A stretch of 64,000 nucleotides of DNA from Eledone cirrhosa (Eukaryota): contig OZ024743.1 of the NCBI GenBank assembly GCA_964016885.1, positions 317,440,001 through 317,504,000 of the forward strand, written 5' to 3'. This document shows positions 1 to 13,081 of the stretch, in pieces. The position numbers and the translations under genes were made by a program. The notes beneath the pieces were generated by a model. It did no database searches and was not told the origin of the DNA. It saw nothing but the letters and a program-made list of their open reading frames with translations. Positions within the stretch are counted from its first letter, which is position 1; each line of letters starts with the position of its first letter.

Positions 1-1139
1 TAAAGTATTTCTAATTAAATACCTTCTATATGATGATTAATTCATTAATGAGGAATCTTGAAAGAAGAACTAAAATTATTAATTATTTCATTATGAAGAT
101 AGACTAAACATATGGTTCTTATACCAAATTATGTTGGAAAATTTAAATAGGAACCCTTTAAACTGGGTGGTATTGTTTCTTAGAACCAGAGCTGGTTTTG
201 ATCAGGTTGGTATCAAAAGGGTTAATGAAGAATTTTGAAGGATTTACTAAAATTATTATTTACTTCATTACAAAGAGAACAACTGGTTCTTATATAAAAT
301 TATGTTGGAAGATATTAATTTAAATAGAAGCCCTTTAAAATTAATGGTTTTATTTCATAAAACCAGAGCCAGTTTTGGCTGGATTGATATCAAAAGGGTT
401 AAAAAGTCCCTATTTAAATTAAAACCTAAAATAATTTTATGTAGGGATCGTGATGATGAAGTATCATCATCATCATTTAATGTCCGCTTTCCCTGCTAGC
501 AAAGGTTGAACGAGTCTACCTGGAGGGGTGGGGAGGGGTCTGCAGCTTTCTTACGTATGGTCTTATGTTCTATCAAGTGCACAGAAGAGGTTTGTCATGT
601 CTTTGACATAATTGAAGGATCCTCCACTAACTGACTCAAATCTGAATCTTACTTTTTGATATACTATATTATCATCATTATCACCACCATCATCACTTTT
701 ACGTCTGTTTTTCCATGCTACTGATACCATGTAACCCAGTACAACATGTTTCATGACTGTGGTCAGCAACTAAACTTGCTCCCACACCAGATCCTGGTCT
801 GGTCAGGTTAGGCTCCTGCTTGCTACTGGTACCATGTAACCCAGTACAATGTGCTTCGTGGTCAAATGGTTGGTGACTAAACCAGCTTCTCAACAAGACC
901 ATAGTCTGGTGAGGGACTAAATGGAACCCCAGCAGCAGAAAAAACAGGAGTTATTAAAAAGGTGGATGGATTCCTCAGTGTCAATGGTCATCCTCCCCAA
1001 CTATGAGTTAAATAGCCACACCAACCCACATGGGTTGGATGGGTCATCACAGTTGGAGATTTGGCAAATTGGAGAACCAAATGTTGTCCATTCATTCCAT
1101 ATTTGAGAAGGGTTTCTATAGCTGGTTGTCTTTCATAAT

Positions 1140-1575
1140 GTCAACCACTTTACAGAGTGTATTGGGTGCATTTTATTGCATTCCCAGTATTACCACTTTG
1201 CACAGTGTAGTGGGTGCATTTTATCATGGCACAAAAACTGCCACTTTGTAGAATGTACTGAGTGCATTCTATCATGGCACCAACACTGCCACTTTGCAGA
1301 GTGTAGTGGGTGTTTATTATCACGGCACCAACACTGCCACTTTGCACAGTGTAGTGGGTGCATTTTATCACGGCACCAACACTGCCACTTTGCAGAGTGC
1401 ACTGGGTGCATTCTATCGCAGCTCCAGCACCACCACCACCACTTTGCAGAGTGTACTGGGTGCATTCTATCACAGATCCAGCACCACCACCACTTTGCAG
1501 AGTGTACTGGGTGCATTCTATCACAGCTCCTGCACCAGCACCACTTTGCAGAGTGTACTGGGTGCATTTTATTGT
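1140..1575. repeat. Minisatellite, ~48-54 bp unit, ~9 copies
   Basis: Unit cactttgcagagtgtactgggtgcattttatcacggcaccaacactgc. It explains five overlapping spurious ORFs. Confidence 0.9.
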
Positions 1576-2031
1576 CTGATGATGATGATGAGGACAGAAT
1601 ACATACAAAAAACCACACACCATACACCTAAGAATGTGTAAAGAGAGAAAGAAAAGATAAGAGAGAGATATGATAAGAGGCATAACTAGAGTATGGCAGG
1701 CGTGGCATGTGCCATGGGTGTCACTTGAGAGAGGGGAGGCTCCACTTAGACTAGGAGTACTTTCTATTAAAGTAAGATAAGCTATCATCAAAGAATGAAA
1801 ATAAAATAAACTTCTTCAGATGTATGATCTGTCTTTGATTATCATAGGTGAGAAGTACTATGGTGGCTGGATCATTAAACCATATATATAAATTATGTTT
1901 GAGCAGGGACACAATTTCATTGCTTGCCACAGACTCTATTTTCCCTAGTTATGACTCAGGGGCGATATAATAAAAGAGAGAGAAAGAGAGAGGAGTGGGT
2001 TGTTAATTAAAAGATAAAAGTAATTAATTAC

Positions 2032-2168
2032 CTGTCTGTGAATATGACAATTAAGTCTTCTCTATCAGAATATTGTTCCAATTCCTCCTTGAGGAGATTT
2101 ATCTTGTGTCCTCCACCCTGGCCCATCTCCATGTCACCTCCTTCCCATTTCTTTCCCATACCAGCAAC
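2032..2168 (-). CDS. PLOD: PLOD coding exon 3 VAGMGKKWEGGDMEMGQGGGHKINLLKEELEQYSDREDLIVIFTD(S)
   Basis: Acceptor ttgaag|, donor AG|GTAATT, 137 nt, in phase with exon 2. Contains the PLOD W.GGD...GGG.K..LLK..L....D..D.I..FTD motif. Later exons were not found in 1-2031 and presumably lie left of the window. Confidence 0.94.
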
Positions 2169-2214
2169 CTTCAAGTAAACAAAAATAAAAATACTTATAA
2201 TAAATAATGTATGT

Positions 2215-2540
2215 ATGGACCTGTAACTCCCGATGGAGTTGTAGGGACACCATAGTGACAGTGTTTCTTGGGCATTTTTTGTAACCTGATAGAACCTAAT
2301 CCCTCTCCATGTCTGAATACAGCCAATTTCTTCCAAAGAGAGATAGAGAGAGAGAGAAAGGAAATGAGAAAGAGATATAGAGGAAGAATCGACCACAGTA
2401 CTAGACTGGTACTTTTTTTTTATTGAGCTTGAAAGGATTAAAGCCAAAGTTAACCACAGCGGGATTTGAACTCAGAGGGCAGAGAGTTGGAATGAATACC
2501 GCAAGGCATTCTATCTGACGTTCTAACGACTCTGCCAATA
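2215..2540 (-). mobile_element. tRNA-derived SINE family 1 copy (others near 5900-6075, 20230-20480, 23140-23340, 36590-36780, 39240-39460, 40808-40880, 50780-50970, 60488-60600)
   Basis: Recurring ggtactttattttatcgacccc..aaggatgaaaggcaaagtt.acctcggcgggatttgaactc block with a B box (gagttcaaatcc) on the opposite strand. Confidence 0.75.
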
Positions 2541-2790
2541 AATAAAATTCATATTCAAATACATCTTTATATGTCTGTGTTCTAAGTAAAACACACACTT
2601 ACAAATGTATACATTTTTGTGGGGGCATGTTTATGTAAAAGAATACACACACATACATAAACAATATACACTGTTCATGTTTAACCATTTTGCTAGGAAG
2701 TATATTTCTCATGAAATATACTTCCTAAGTTTTTCAACTAATTTTGAAAATATTTTTTTTTAAATGGAGGAATTATTTAATGAAGTAACA

Positions 2791-3384
2791 ACCATATATA
2801 CTGAAATATAAACCCATCCGAATATAATCCCCCCCCCCCCCCCATTTTATGTCTGAGAAATAAGCAAAAAATCCAAACCCTGTTTATAAGCAGGTAATCA
2901 ACACTTTATGTTTAGATGATGCAGTTTTGAAATTTTCATGAGTGAAGAATATATTTATGAAGTTTTAATATTGTGATACATAAAATGTTTTCAGTGTCGT
3001 TCAGAGTATAATCTGTTTCAGAACTCCATGATGTAATGATTTTTTACCAATTTCAGACCGTTTTGAATGCTATATTCATTCGAAACATAAAAAACAATAA
3101 GAAATACGAATTTCACGATGAAAGTGAAATGGGTGTAATATTCACCTCCAAAGTGAAACCGGTGTAATATTCACCTCCTAAGTGAAACTGATGTAACATT
3201 CACCTCCAAAGTGAAACCAGTAATATTTACCTCCAAAACGAAAATATTTTAACACCTCATTTATGTTGAATTTTGAAGTTGGTGAAAATCAGCAAAATAT
3301 TGACCTCAAATAAAAGCGGACTCCCATTTTACCATTGGTTTTTTCCCCCACATATTTCTCAGCTTATATACGAGTATATTTAGT
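2791..3384. mobile_element. Non-autonomous Tc1/mariner (pogo/Tigger-like) element with internal ~29-bp tandem repeats
   Basis: Degenerate termini accatatatactgaaatataa / ttatatacgagtatatttagta. Repeats aaagtgaaaccggtgtaatattcacctcc at 3120-3240. Related pieces near 28930-29020 and 30050-30243. Confidence 0.55.
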
Positions 3385-3809
3385 AACTTTTTTTTTGTAA
3401 GCTGGTATTTGGAACATTACTGAATAAAAACATTAACTTAAAATTATAATAAAAGTTTTTAATATACATATGAACATTTGAAAATGAGCAGTTTTATCAT
3501 AAAAACATGGATGGTTTCAGATAAGCTGATATCAAAAGGGTTAAACACATTTTTCATCATCATCACCATCATCACCCTCATTATCTTAAATACTTGCTTT
3601 CCCGGCTACCAAGTCAGTGTTGAAGTGGGGTTACAGACCTCCCAGACAGGCCAGGGATTTGCATCTCGCTTAAGCACATTCTCACATTCTACTGTCTTTG
3701 ACACAGCTAAAGGGTCCTCAGAACCTTTTGTATATAAGATGCTTTTTAAAAATTATCCTCCTCCTCTTCAGAGATGGAAACATTTTTTTTCCCATTTGAA
3801 AATTAAATT

Positions 3810-4200
3810 AGTAGCTTTCACTGAAATGGTGTTCCTCCAAAGGGTCTTTGGGGTAACATTACTTGATAGAGTTGGTAGCTCGGAGATTAGAGAGTCACTC
3901 CAGGTAGGGCTGCTACTTCTCCGAGTTGAGAGATCACAGCTCCGATACTATGGGCATGTGGTTAGAATATCTCAGGAAAGAATCACTGGACAGATTTTAT
4001 GAGCAAAACCAACCGTCAGGAGAGTCAGGGGTATACTCTGAGCAAGATGGTTGGATAACATCCATGAGCTTAGCTGGGCTCGCTTGGGGATCCAGCAAGA
4101 TCAGTTGGAGATGGTTGTTTCTAACAGGACCCGCTGGAAGGAGTGTTTGAGGACTCTGCTCCCATGGCCCTCCCAGGAATAAGTGCGCGAAGAAGTAGAA
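3810..4200 (+). mobile_element. Degenerate RTE-clade LINE 3' end (related copies 6505-6875 and 35740-35860)
   Basis: Peptide EMVFLQRVFGVTLLDRV.SSEIRESL..ERSQLRYYGHVVR and a GAA-repeat tail. Confidence 0.8.
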
Positions 4201-5424
4201 GAGCTTTCACTGTATTTTTAAGTACAGAAGATAGTCTAATAACTAGGCACATATGGCCCTAGAAAGGAAAAAAAATGGACATCAGCATACATGGGAATCA
4301 AGCCCACACCTATTTTCCAGATAGTAATTGGCTACCACACTTCTCCAAAAAAGGTCATTTGGCTCATATTTCTAACATGACAAGCTACCATGCCACAACA
4401 GATACCAATGCGCTAATCATTCTAATCAAACAGGATTTCAACCCAGAACTTGAATGATAAAACAAATACCCCAAGCCCTAATGGCTATCAATTTTCCACA
4501 TATTGCTGAGACTTACAGAGGAGATGATGAAGGAACACAACAAATGAAGAGATGGTGTTCTGCTAGCATGGAAAAATGGACGTAAAAATGATGATAATAA
4601 TATATATGTAGTATGTGTAAATTTATGAGCAGCAAACATTTTAAGGCCATTTTTTCTCTACTAAAGCAGTAGTTAGCAAAGTAGGCCTCATAAAAGGCTT
4701 CATACTCATTATGGGGTTCTTTTTGAAGCAATGTTTTATGGATTGATGCCTTCCAAGTGCCAACCCTTTTAGTTGATCCTTAAAACATGTAGGGATACAG
4801 TGTACTTATTATAAAACTAATCTAATCTAATGCCTTCTTAATCCTGTTGGAGGAACCCCTTCCTGGTTCACTGATCTCAACAACTTTCTGTTTGGTTTTG
4901 GTCATGTCAGGAGTGTAGTTGTACTCAACACGCTTGGTAAATTAAGGGTTGGTGGGTCTATTTAACCCATGGTTGACTCTGAGGAGCTCCTCTTCTCTTT
5001 TGCAGCTCGTTTTTTTGTGCTGCTAGGGTTCCACTTACCTTCCTCAAAGGACCAGAGTCTGGTGGAGGAGCCAGTTTAGTCACTGACCACTCGACCATGA
5101 AGCAGGTTGTACTAGTTTACATGGTACCAGTGGCAGGCAGAAGCCTGACCGGACCTGTAAAACGAATATATAGGACATGTAAACTGCATACATACAGCGT
5201 TATATTTGTATATTTATGAATGTGTGTATCTGTTTAGAATATACACACCATATCCCTGCATGCAGTAACAAAGTTGGTTTTAAAAAGGGCACTTGGCTGT
5301 CAAAAAACATTGCCCCCAAAAAAGCCCTCAATGTTAACCCCTGCTTTAGCAGGTAAAATAGCTTTAAAAGGCCTCTTGTTGTTGTGTATATTTCTGAATG
5401 TGTTATATTAGTAGTCTTACTTAC

Positions 5425-5513
5425 CGTTAGTTTCAAGTTGTACTTGTCACATGACCTAACAAATCTTCGGAAGCCATCTGTCTCCTTGGTAGCAACTGTT
5501 ACTATCAAGAGTT
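5425..5513 (-). CDS. PLOD: PLOD coding exon 2 (E)LLIVTVATKETDGFRRFVRSCDKYNLKLT
   Basis: Acceptor ttctctattgtag|, donor ACG|GTAAGT. The peptide matches the N-terminal LLV.TVAT.ETDG..RF..S motif of the PLOD glycosyltransferase domain. Confidence 0.93.
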
Positions 5514-7359
5514 CTACAATAGAGAAGAATATATACATATAGCAACTCTGTAACATTTATTTTATTCAGAAAGATTTCTACATTAAACACGTTCAATACC
5601 AGAGACTTTGGTAGTGAATAATATATACTGGACATATCTATTTCTCAATAGCCCTTTGATACTTTAACACAATGATCCCCAATCAGTTTAAACCACTGAC
5701 ACCTTTATGGAAACCTTGACCCTGCCATCAGCTACAAAAAAGGAGTAGAGATTGTGAGATGAAACCAAGAAAGTGATGTTTTCATTTGTCTTTTCATTGC
5801 TGGTTTGCAACTCTTGGTAGAAGGAAGAATGAAGCAAGATTTCAGCTCAGAACTCACAGAGCTGGATTAGATACCACAATTCCACTAATCTACCATTCTC
5901 AGACTGGTACTTTATTGACCTAAAATGGATGACATTTAGCTCAGCAGCATTTGAACACCACAAAGCATCACATCTGACTTTTTTAACAATTCCACCAATC
6001 CTTTATCCTGGACTGGTACTTTATCAACCTAAAATGGATGAAAGACAACACTGAGCTCAGCAGGATTTGAACTCAGCTCTAATCACCTCTACCCTGGTCT
6101 TACTTGATCTACCTCTACTGTGACTTTCCTGGCATTTCTTCACCCAGCGAACATCATCCATGCACTGTATTTCAATTGATTAATGAACAATTTGGAGGGA
6201 TTTATCAAAATTATTATTTTGTTCTTAAAATGATGTTTCTAAGATAACAATGAGTTATATCAAATTAAGTTGAAAATTTTGAATTTAAAATCTTTAAAAT
6301 GGGTGGTTTTCTTTCATGGCCAGATTGGTATCAAAAGGGTTAGGTATGTGTGCGCGTGTGTGTGTGTGTGTGGGGGTGGGTGGGGGGGGGGGGATAATAT
6401 TTGCTTTTACAAAATAATCAAATATATTCACTAAAATTTGAGGAGTAATAATTAGTTATGATAAACATCTAGCATTTTTTAATTGATTGTGAATACAAGT
6501 GGTCGAAATGGGGGTTCCTCTGAAGAGTCTTTGAAGTAATGTTACTTGATAGAGTATGTAGCTCAGAGATCAGAGAGTCATTCCATGTAAATCCACTGCT
6601 TTTCCTAATTGAGAGATCACAGCTCCAATATTACAGATGTAAAAAAAAAAAGAAATTGCTGTATAGATTTTACAGGCAAAACCAACCAGCAGGAAACTCA
6701 GGAATAGATCCTGAGAAAAATAGTTGGATAATATCTATGAGCTCAACTGGTCCTGCTCAAGGATGCAGCTGGATCATTTGGAGACAGTTATTTCTGACAG
6801 AACTTGCTGGAAGGTGTATTTGAGGAGTCTGCCGCCCCCAATCCTCCCAGCCCAGGAATAAGTGGACGAAGAAGAATTATATAGAAGCTTTAGCTGTGAA
6901 AAGTGTGAATGAATTTTGAAGTGTAAACAATTTTAAATATTCCACAGTAGATAGAATATTTTTTTCTGTGTATGGAGGAATAGTTAAATGTGTTTACATT
7001 TTGCAGTTCATTCTTGTTACAGCTAAGGCTTCTAATTCAAAAATGGCAGTTGTATCTAACTTCAGTTTACTTTAATCTTCAAATCTATGCTGTGTTTTAG
7101 ATATTCGTTATTTATTTAAATAGTTAATATTTTGTTTGTACAGGAAAGAGTGAATATATTTAGTGGAAGTGAAGTAGTGAGGTATGTTAGTATGTTTATA
7201 AGTAGAGGAAATATATAACCCTTCAAACAGAATCTGATACCCCACACACACTTCTGACATTCACTGTTAACACTATAAAGCTGTTCCTTGTACAGAATGT
7301 TTATATCATATATACACAACCACTATATATAGACCATTTACATATATATGCAACTGTCA

Positions 7360-8215
7360 TACAATATAGACACAGTACAATGCATATAGAAACAATACAA
7401 TGTGTATAATTACAATGTTATGTGTATAGTATGTATATAGATGCAGTATAATGTATATAGATGCAGTATAATGTATATAGATGCAGTATAATATATATAG
7501 ACACAGTAAAATGTGTATAGACAGAATAGTACAATGTATATAGGCAGTATAATGTGTATAGACACAATGGTTTGTATATAGACACAGTATAATAGTACGT
7601 ATATAGACAGAATAGTACGTATATAGACATAGAATGTGTATAGACAATATAATGTATATAGATACAGTACAATGTATATTGACAGTGTATATATACAGTA
7701 TATAGATACGGTACAGTGTATATATAGACACAGTATACTGTATATAGATACAGTACAGTATATATAGACACAGTATACTAGATACAGTACAGTATATATA
7801 GACACAGTATACTGTATATAGACACAGTACAGTATATATAAACACAGTATACTGTATATAGATACAGTATGATGTATATAGATGGTGTGTATATAGACAG
7901 TATAATATCTATAGCTACAGTACAGTGCATATAGACACAGTACAATGTATATAGACAGAATGGTATGTATATAGACACAGTATAATGTATATCTAAGTCT
8001 ATGTCTAAAGTCTGACTCATTTTCAGCTGAAGTGTTTTGCTCAAGAACAGAACACGCAACCCAGTCCAGGAATTGAACCCATGATATTATGATCATGAGT
8101 CCAACACCTTACCACTAGGCCACGTGCCTCCACATATAATGTATGTAGACAATGGTATGCATATAAACAGAATGGCATGTATATAGACACAGTATTATGT
8201 GTTATAGACAGAATG
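7360..8215. repeat. ~22-bp minisatellite (tatagacacagtataatgta-type) interrupted by a SINE head at ~8030-8130
   Basis: Tandem periodicity is directly visible and explains the Y/I/C/T-rich ORFs. Confidence 0.85.
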
Positions 8216-8618
8216 CTATATATATATATATATATATATAAATATAGTATGATATATATATAAATATAGTATGATATATATATATATAAATATATAGTAT
8301 GATATATATATATATATAAATATATAGTATGATATATATATATATAAATATATAGTATGATATATATATATATAAATATATAGTATGATATATATATATA
8401 TATAAATATATAGTATGATATATATATATATATAAATATATAGTATGATATATATATATATAAATATATAGTATGATATATATATATATAAATATATAGT
8501 ATGATATATATATATATATAAATATATAGTATGATATATATATATAAATATATAGTATGATATATATATATATATAAATATATAGTATGATATATATATA
8601 TAAATATATAGTATGATA

Positions 8619-9187
8619 TCATCATCATCATCATCGTTTAACGTCCGTGTTCCACGCTTGCATGGGTTTGGACGGGGGTTTTCCCACTTGAGGCAAGAGT
8701 GGTTGTCTTGCTCGCATAGGACTGTCTGGCGGGTTTTCTACAGTTGGATGCCCTTCCTAACACCAACCACATTTACAGTGTGGGGCTGGGAGGTTTTTAC
8801 CGTGTTGCCTACACGGCCACATTACAGCGTGGACTGTCTGGCGGGTTTTCTACAGCTGGATGCCCTTCCTAACACCAACCACATTTACAGTGTGGGGCTG
8901 GGAGGTTTTTACCGTGTTGCCTACACGGCCACATTACAGCGTGAATGTGTGTTTTTTTGTCGTGACACCTACACGATCTCATTTGTTTCGGCCTGGATGT
9001 TGTGGGACCAACATAACTTTACATTGAAAGGGGCGGTGTGGATGGGGTGGAGGTGGTGGGACGGGGGGGGGGGGGGGGGGTGTTTTGATAGAGATGCCTA
9101 CTGACTGTAGTAGGTTTTTACTTTGTATTTAGGTAAGGCGGGTCTTCTCTATTACTGAGTACCGCCAAAGGTCTCGGTCCAGTGACA
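8619..9187 (-). mobile_element. RTE family A, 3' UTR and last codons, with an internal tandem duplication of about 110 bp
   Basis: Near-identical to 10171-10616, with a (GAT)n tail. Confidence 0.85.
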
Positions 9188-9249
9188 TGATATATATATA
9201 TATAAATATATAGTATGATATATATATATATATATATAAATATATAGTA

Positions 9250-9319
<70 letters not shown>

Positions 9320-9565
9320 TGATATATATATATATATATATAGTATGATATATATATATATATATATATAGTATGATATATATATATATATATATAGTAT
9401 GATATATATATATATATATATAGTATGATATATATATATATATATAGTATGATATATATATATATATATAGTATGATATATATATATATATATAGTATGA
9501 TATATATATATATATATAGTATGATATATATATATATATATAGTATGATATATATATATATAGTA

Positions 9566-9607
<42 letters not shown>

Positions 9608-9679
9608 TGATATATATATATATATATAGTATGATATATATATATATATATAGTATGATATATATATATATATATAGTA

Positions 9680-9723
<44 letters not shown>

Positions 9724-10170
9724 TGAGATATATATATATATATATAGTATGATATATATATATATATATAGTATGATATATATATATATAGTATGATATA
9801 TATATATATATATAGTATGATATATATATATATATATATAGTATGATATATATATATATATATAGTATGATATATATATATATATATATAGTATGATATA
9901 TATATATATATATATAGTATGATATATATATATATATATATAGTATGATATATATATATATATCTATATATATATATATAGTATGATATATATATATATA
10001 TATAGTATGATATATATATATATATATATATATAGTATGATATATATATATATATATATAGTATGATATATATATATATATATAGTATGATATATATATA
10101 TATATATATATATAGTATGATATATATATATATATATAGTATGATATATATATATAGTATGATATATATA

Positions 10171-11177
10171 TCATCATCAACGTTTAACGTCCGTGTTCCA
10201 CGCTTGCATGGGTTTGGACGGGGGTAGTCCCACTTGAGGCAAGAGTGATTGTCTTGCTCGCATAGGACTGTCTGGCAGGTTTTCTACAGTTGGATGCCCT
10301 TCCTAACACCAACCACATTTACAGTGTGGGTCTGGGAGGTTTTTACCGTGTTGCCTACACGGCCACATTACAGCGTGGACTGTGTGTTTTTTTGTCGTGA
10401 CACCTACACGATCTCATTTGTTTCGGCCTGGATGGCGCGGCACCAACATAACTTTACATAGAACGGGGTGGTGTGGATGGGGTGGGGGTGGGGGTGGTGG
10501 GACGGGGTATATTTTGTTAGAGATGCCTACTGGCTGGAGTAGGTTTTACTATATATTTAGGTAAGGCGGGTCTTCTCTGTTACTGAGTACCGCCAAAGGT
10601 CTCGGTCCAGTGACATTGTCTTGGAGAGGTGTAAGTGTGTGATGTCGGAGTTTATCAGCTCGTCCCAGGTTTTTCTAGGTCTGCCTATTCCGTGACTACC
10701 GTCTATCTTTATTGCCCTGCACTTTGTTATACAGCTATCGACTTTCATGCGCATCACGTGTCCATACCAACGTAGCCTTCTCTCGAGTAAACAACATCTG
10801 ATCCCTCTTATCTCTAATTTTTTCCTTAGTTCGTTTATGCTTTGCCGTTCACGTATATTACTGTTACACATCCAGCGGAGCATGCAAGCTTCGTTCCTCT
10901 CTAGTCTGCGTATATCCTCTGCACACAATGCCCAGGTCTCACTGCCATGCAGCATTGCTGTTCGTATGCAGGCATCGTACAACCTGCCTTTCATTTTTAG
11001 GGAGAACCCTTTAGCAGCTAATAGTGGTATAAGCTCTCTGAACTTTTTCCAACCAGTTCTGACTCTAGCTACAGTACTTTCAGAGCACCCTCCCCCACTG
11101 CTGATTTTATCGCCCAGGTAACGGAAGCTGTCCACTATTTCTATAGAACCCTCTGCGCAATTGAAAGAGCTAGTATT
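10171..11177 (-). mobile_element. 5'-truncated RTE LINE family A, followed by an inverted 3'-UTR piece (11178-11292)
   Basis: ORF 10557-11135 with FRYLG...MLHGSETW...[11 protein letters not shown]...GRPRKTW, then a ~390-bp 3' UTR and (GAT)n tail. Confidence 0.92.
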
Positions 11178-11399
11178 TCATCCAGGCCGAAACAAATGAG
11201 ATCGTGTAGGTGTCACGACAAAAAAACACACAGTCCACGCTGTAATGTGGCCGTGTAGGCAACACGGTAAAAACCTCCCAGACCCACACTGACACCCGGA
11301 TGTGGCGCATACGCAAACTGAGCACACAACACACACACAGAAACAAAATGGCGTAGGATAGAAGAAAGAAAAGGCACAGAAACGAAGAAAGGAATCCCC

Positions 11400-11444
11400 A
11401 GTCACTGAAGAGGTCACAGAGTGTGTGACGAAAGGACTATGACT
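11400..11444 (+). ncRNA. Minimal type I hammerhead ribozyme motif
   Basis: AGTCA-CTGAAGA-g-GTCACA gagtg TGTGAC-GAAA-ggac-TA-TGACT: stem I AGTCA/TGACT, canonical core, 6-bp stem II with one extra G, CUA cleavage triplet. Confidence 0.7.
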
Positions 11445-12033
11445 ATATATATAAACAACTATCTGGTTGTGGAACCAACCAACCAACCAGAAATTTATAA
11501 GTTTGTAGATTTGTAAATTTATAAATATATAATAAATTGAAGTGAAAGCAACTGGTGCGTGTGTTTCTTATTGGCAACATGACCCTCCCAAAGTATAACA
11601 ATATCGGACCGGGTGATGTGTTGTTTCCTTGAGCAAGAGACTTTATTTCACATTGCTCCAGTTTACTCAGCTGTAGAAATGAGATGATAGGGACTGGGGT
11701 CCATATCATTCCACTGTAAAGCGGTCGTGGAGGTGCCACGGCAAAAAAGCACCCAGCACTCACTGTAAATGAGGTTGGTGTTAGGAAGGGCATCCAGCTG
11801 TAGAAATCAAGCCAGAATCAGTTCCCGTCCCACCCTTGCAAGCAGGGAAAAGCGGACGTAAAATGAAATGATAATGAAAAATGATATAAATATATATAAA
11901 TATAGTATAGTATGATATATATATATATTAAAAGGAATTCCAACTTCGTCTGATTTACTCGTTTTATTTACAATCCTTTAAAATTTATAATGGTATTAGA
12001 ATGAAATAGTATGGTAGAATATTAAATGTTAAT

Positions 12034-12072
12034 TGAACAAGTACTTTCATGCTTTTGCAATCTTCAGGTTCA
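12034..12072 (-). ncRNA. Minimal type I hammerhead ribozyme (left arm of palindrome)
   Basis: Reverse complement of 12223-12261. A second, partial copy lies 77 bp away at 12116-12149. Confidence 0.7.
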
Positions 12073-12222
12073 TAATGTGTGGTGACAGTCAAATTTGCAA
12101 TTTTCAACAGTTGAAAAGTACTTTCATGCTTTTGCAATCTTCAGGTTCATAATGTGTGGTGACAGTCAAATTTGCAATTTTCAACAGTTGAAAATTGCAA
12201 ACTTGACTGTCACCACACATTA

Positions 12223-12261
12223 TGAACCTGAAGATTGCAAAAGCATGAAAGTACTTGTTCA
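12223..12261 (+). ncRNA. Minimal type I hammerhead ribozyme with palindromic stem III
   Basis: TGAAC-CTGAAGA-tTGC aaaa GCAt-GAAA-GTAC-TT-GTTCA: 5-bp stem I, canonical core, palindromic AAGTACTT of the kind that lets minimal hammerheads dimerise. Confidence 0.72.
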
Positions 12262-12527
12262 ATTAACATTTAATATTCTACCATACTATTTCATTCTAAT
12301 ACCATTATAAATTTTAAAGGATTGTAAATAAAACGAGTAAATCAGACGAAGTTGGAATTCCTTTTATTAATATAATCTTCTATACACAATTATACACACC
12401 CGTGTATATTTCTCCCTCTCTCTCTCTATATATATATATATATAAAAATTGATGAGCAGAACAAACAAACATTAAACAATCCTTTAAATAAATTAAAAAA
12501 TAATTTAAATATCTACCTGTTCATAAT

Positions 12528-12606
12528 GCTATTACCGGCGGTTCCCATCCACAAAAGATTGGAAATTCGGAGAATTTCCAACGGAAAGTAGATTTCTTCA
12601 GATAGC
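12528..12606 (-). ncRNA. Type I hammerhead motif with long stem II and a GAAA>GGAA substitution
   Basis: GCTAT-CTGAAGA-[aATCTAC..TTGGAAATT ctccg AATTTCCAA..GTGGATg]-GGAA-CC gcc GG-TA-ATAGC. Confidence 0.6.
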
Positions 12607-13081
12607 TATTTCCATTCTATAGGACATTTGTCCCACGGTCAGCAAATATAATGCTAACTACCAGCACGTATGGGCTATAGCCGTTAAAGTGACCCGTACA
12701 TGACCTGGCCACTAGAGCAAGCGGGAATATTATAGACTTGTTGATGGCTTGGCTGCTAAAAAAATAGCAGTAAGCAACAACAAATTTTTTCTCTACATAG
12801 ATTGGAGAATATATAAAAATGAGGTAAATATCTCATTGAGCACTAAGTACACACTGAGATATATAGGGTGTCTACAATATAATTGTTGTTCTATGGTACT
12901 AATTCGAGATACCAGAACTATAAAAATTGATGAGCAGAACAAACAAACATTAAACAATCCTTTAAATAAATTAAAAAATAATTTAAATAGTGCTCAATGA
13001 GATATTTACCTCATTTTTATATATATATATATATATAAATATAGTATGATATATATATATATATATAAAAATATAGTATGA

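Noticed and set aside
1150-1791. Cys/His-rich repeat ORFs resembling metal-binding proteins
   Set aside because: They are open in five overlapping frames and the unit derives from a SINE-like segment.
1-2031. PLOD exon 4 (expected to start with YDV-like residues)
   Set aside because: No matching exon was seen; it presumably lies beyond the left edge.
4468-4480. CCCAAGCCC twister-like motif
   Set aside because: No surrounding P1/P2 stems or pseudoknot partners.
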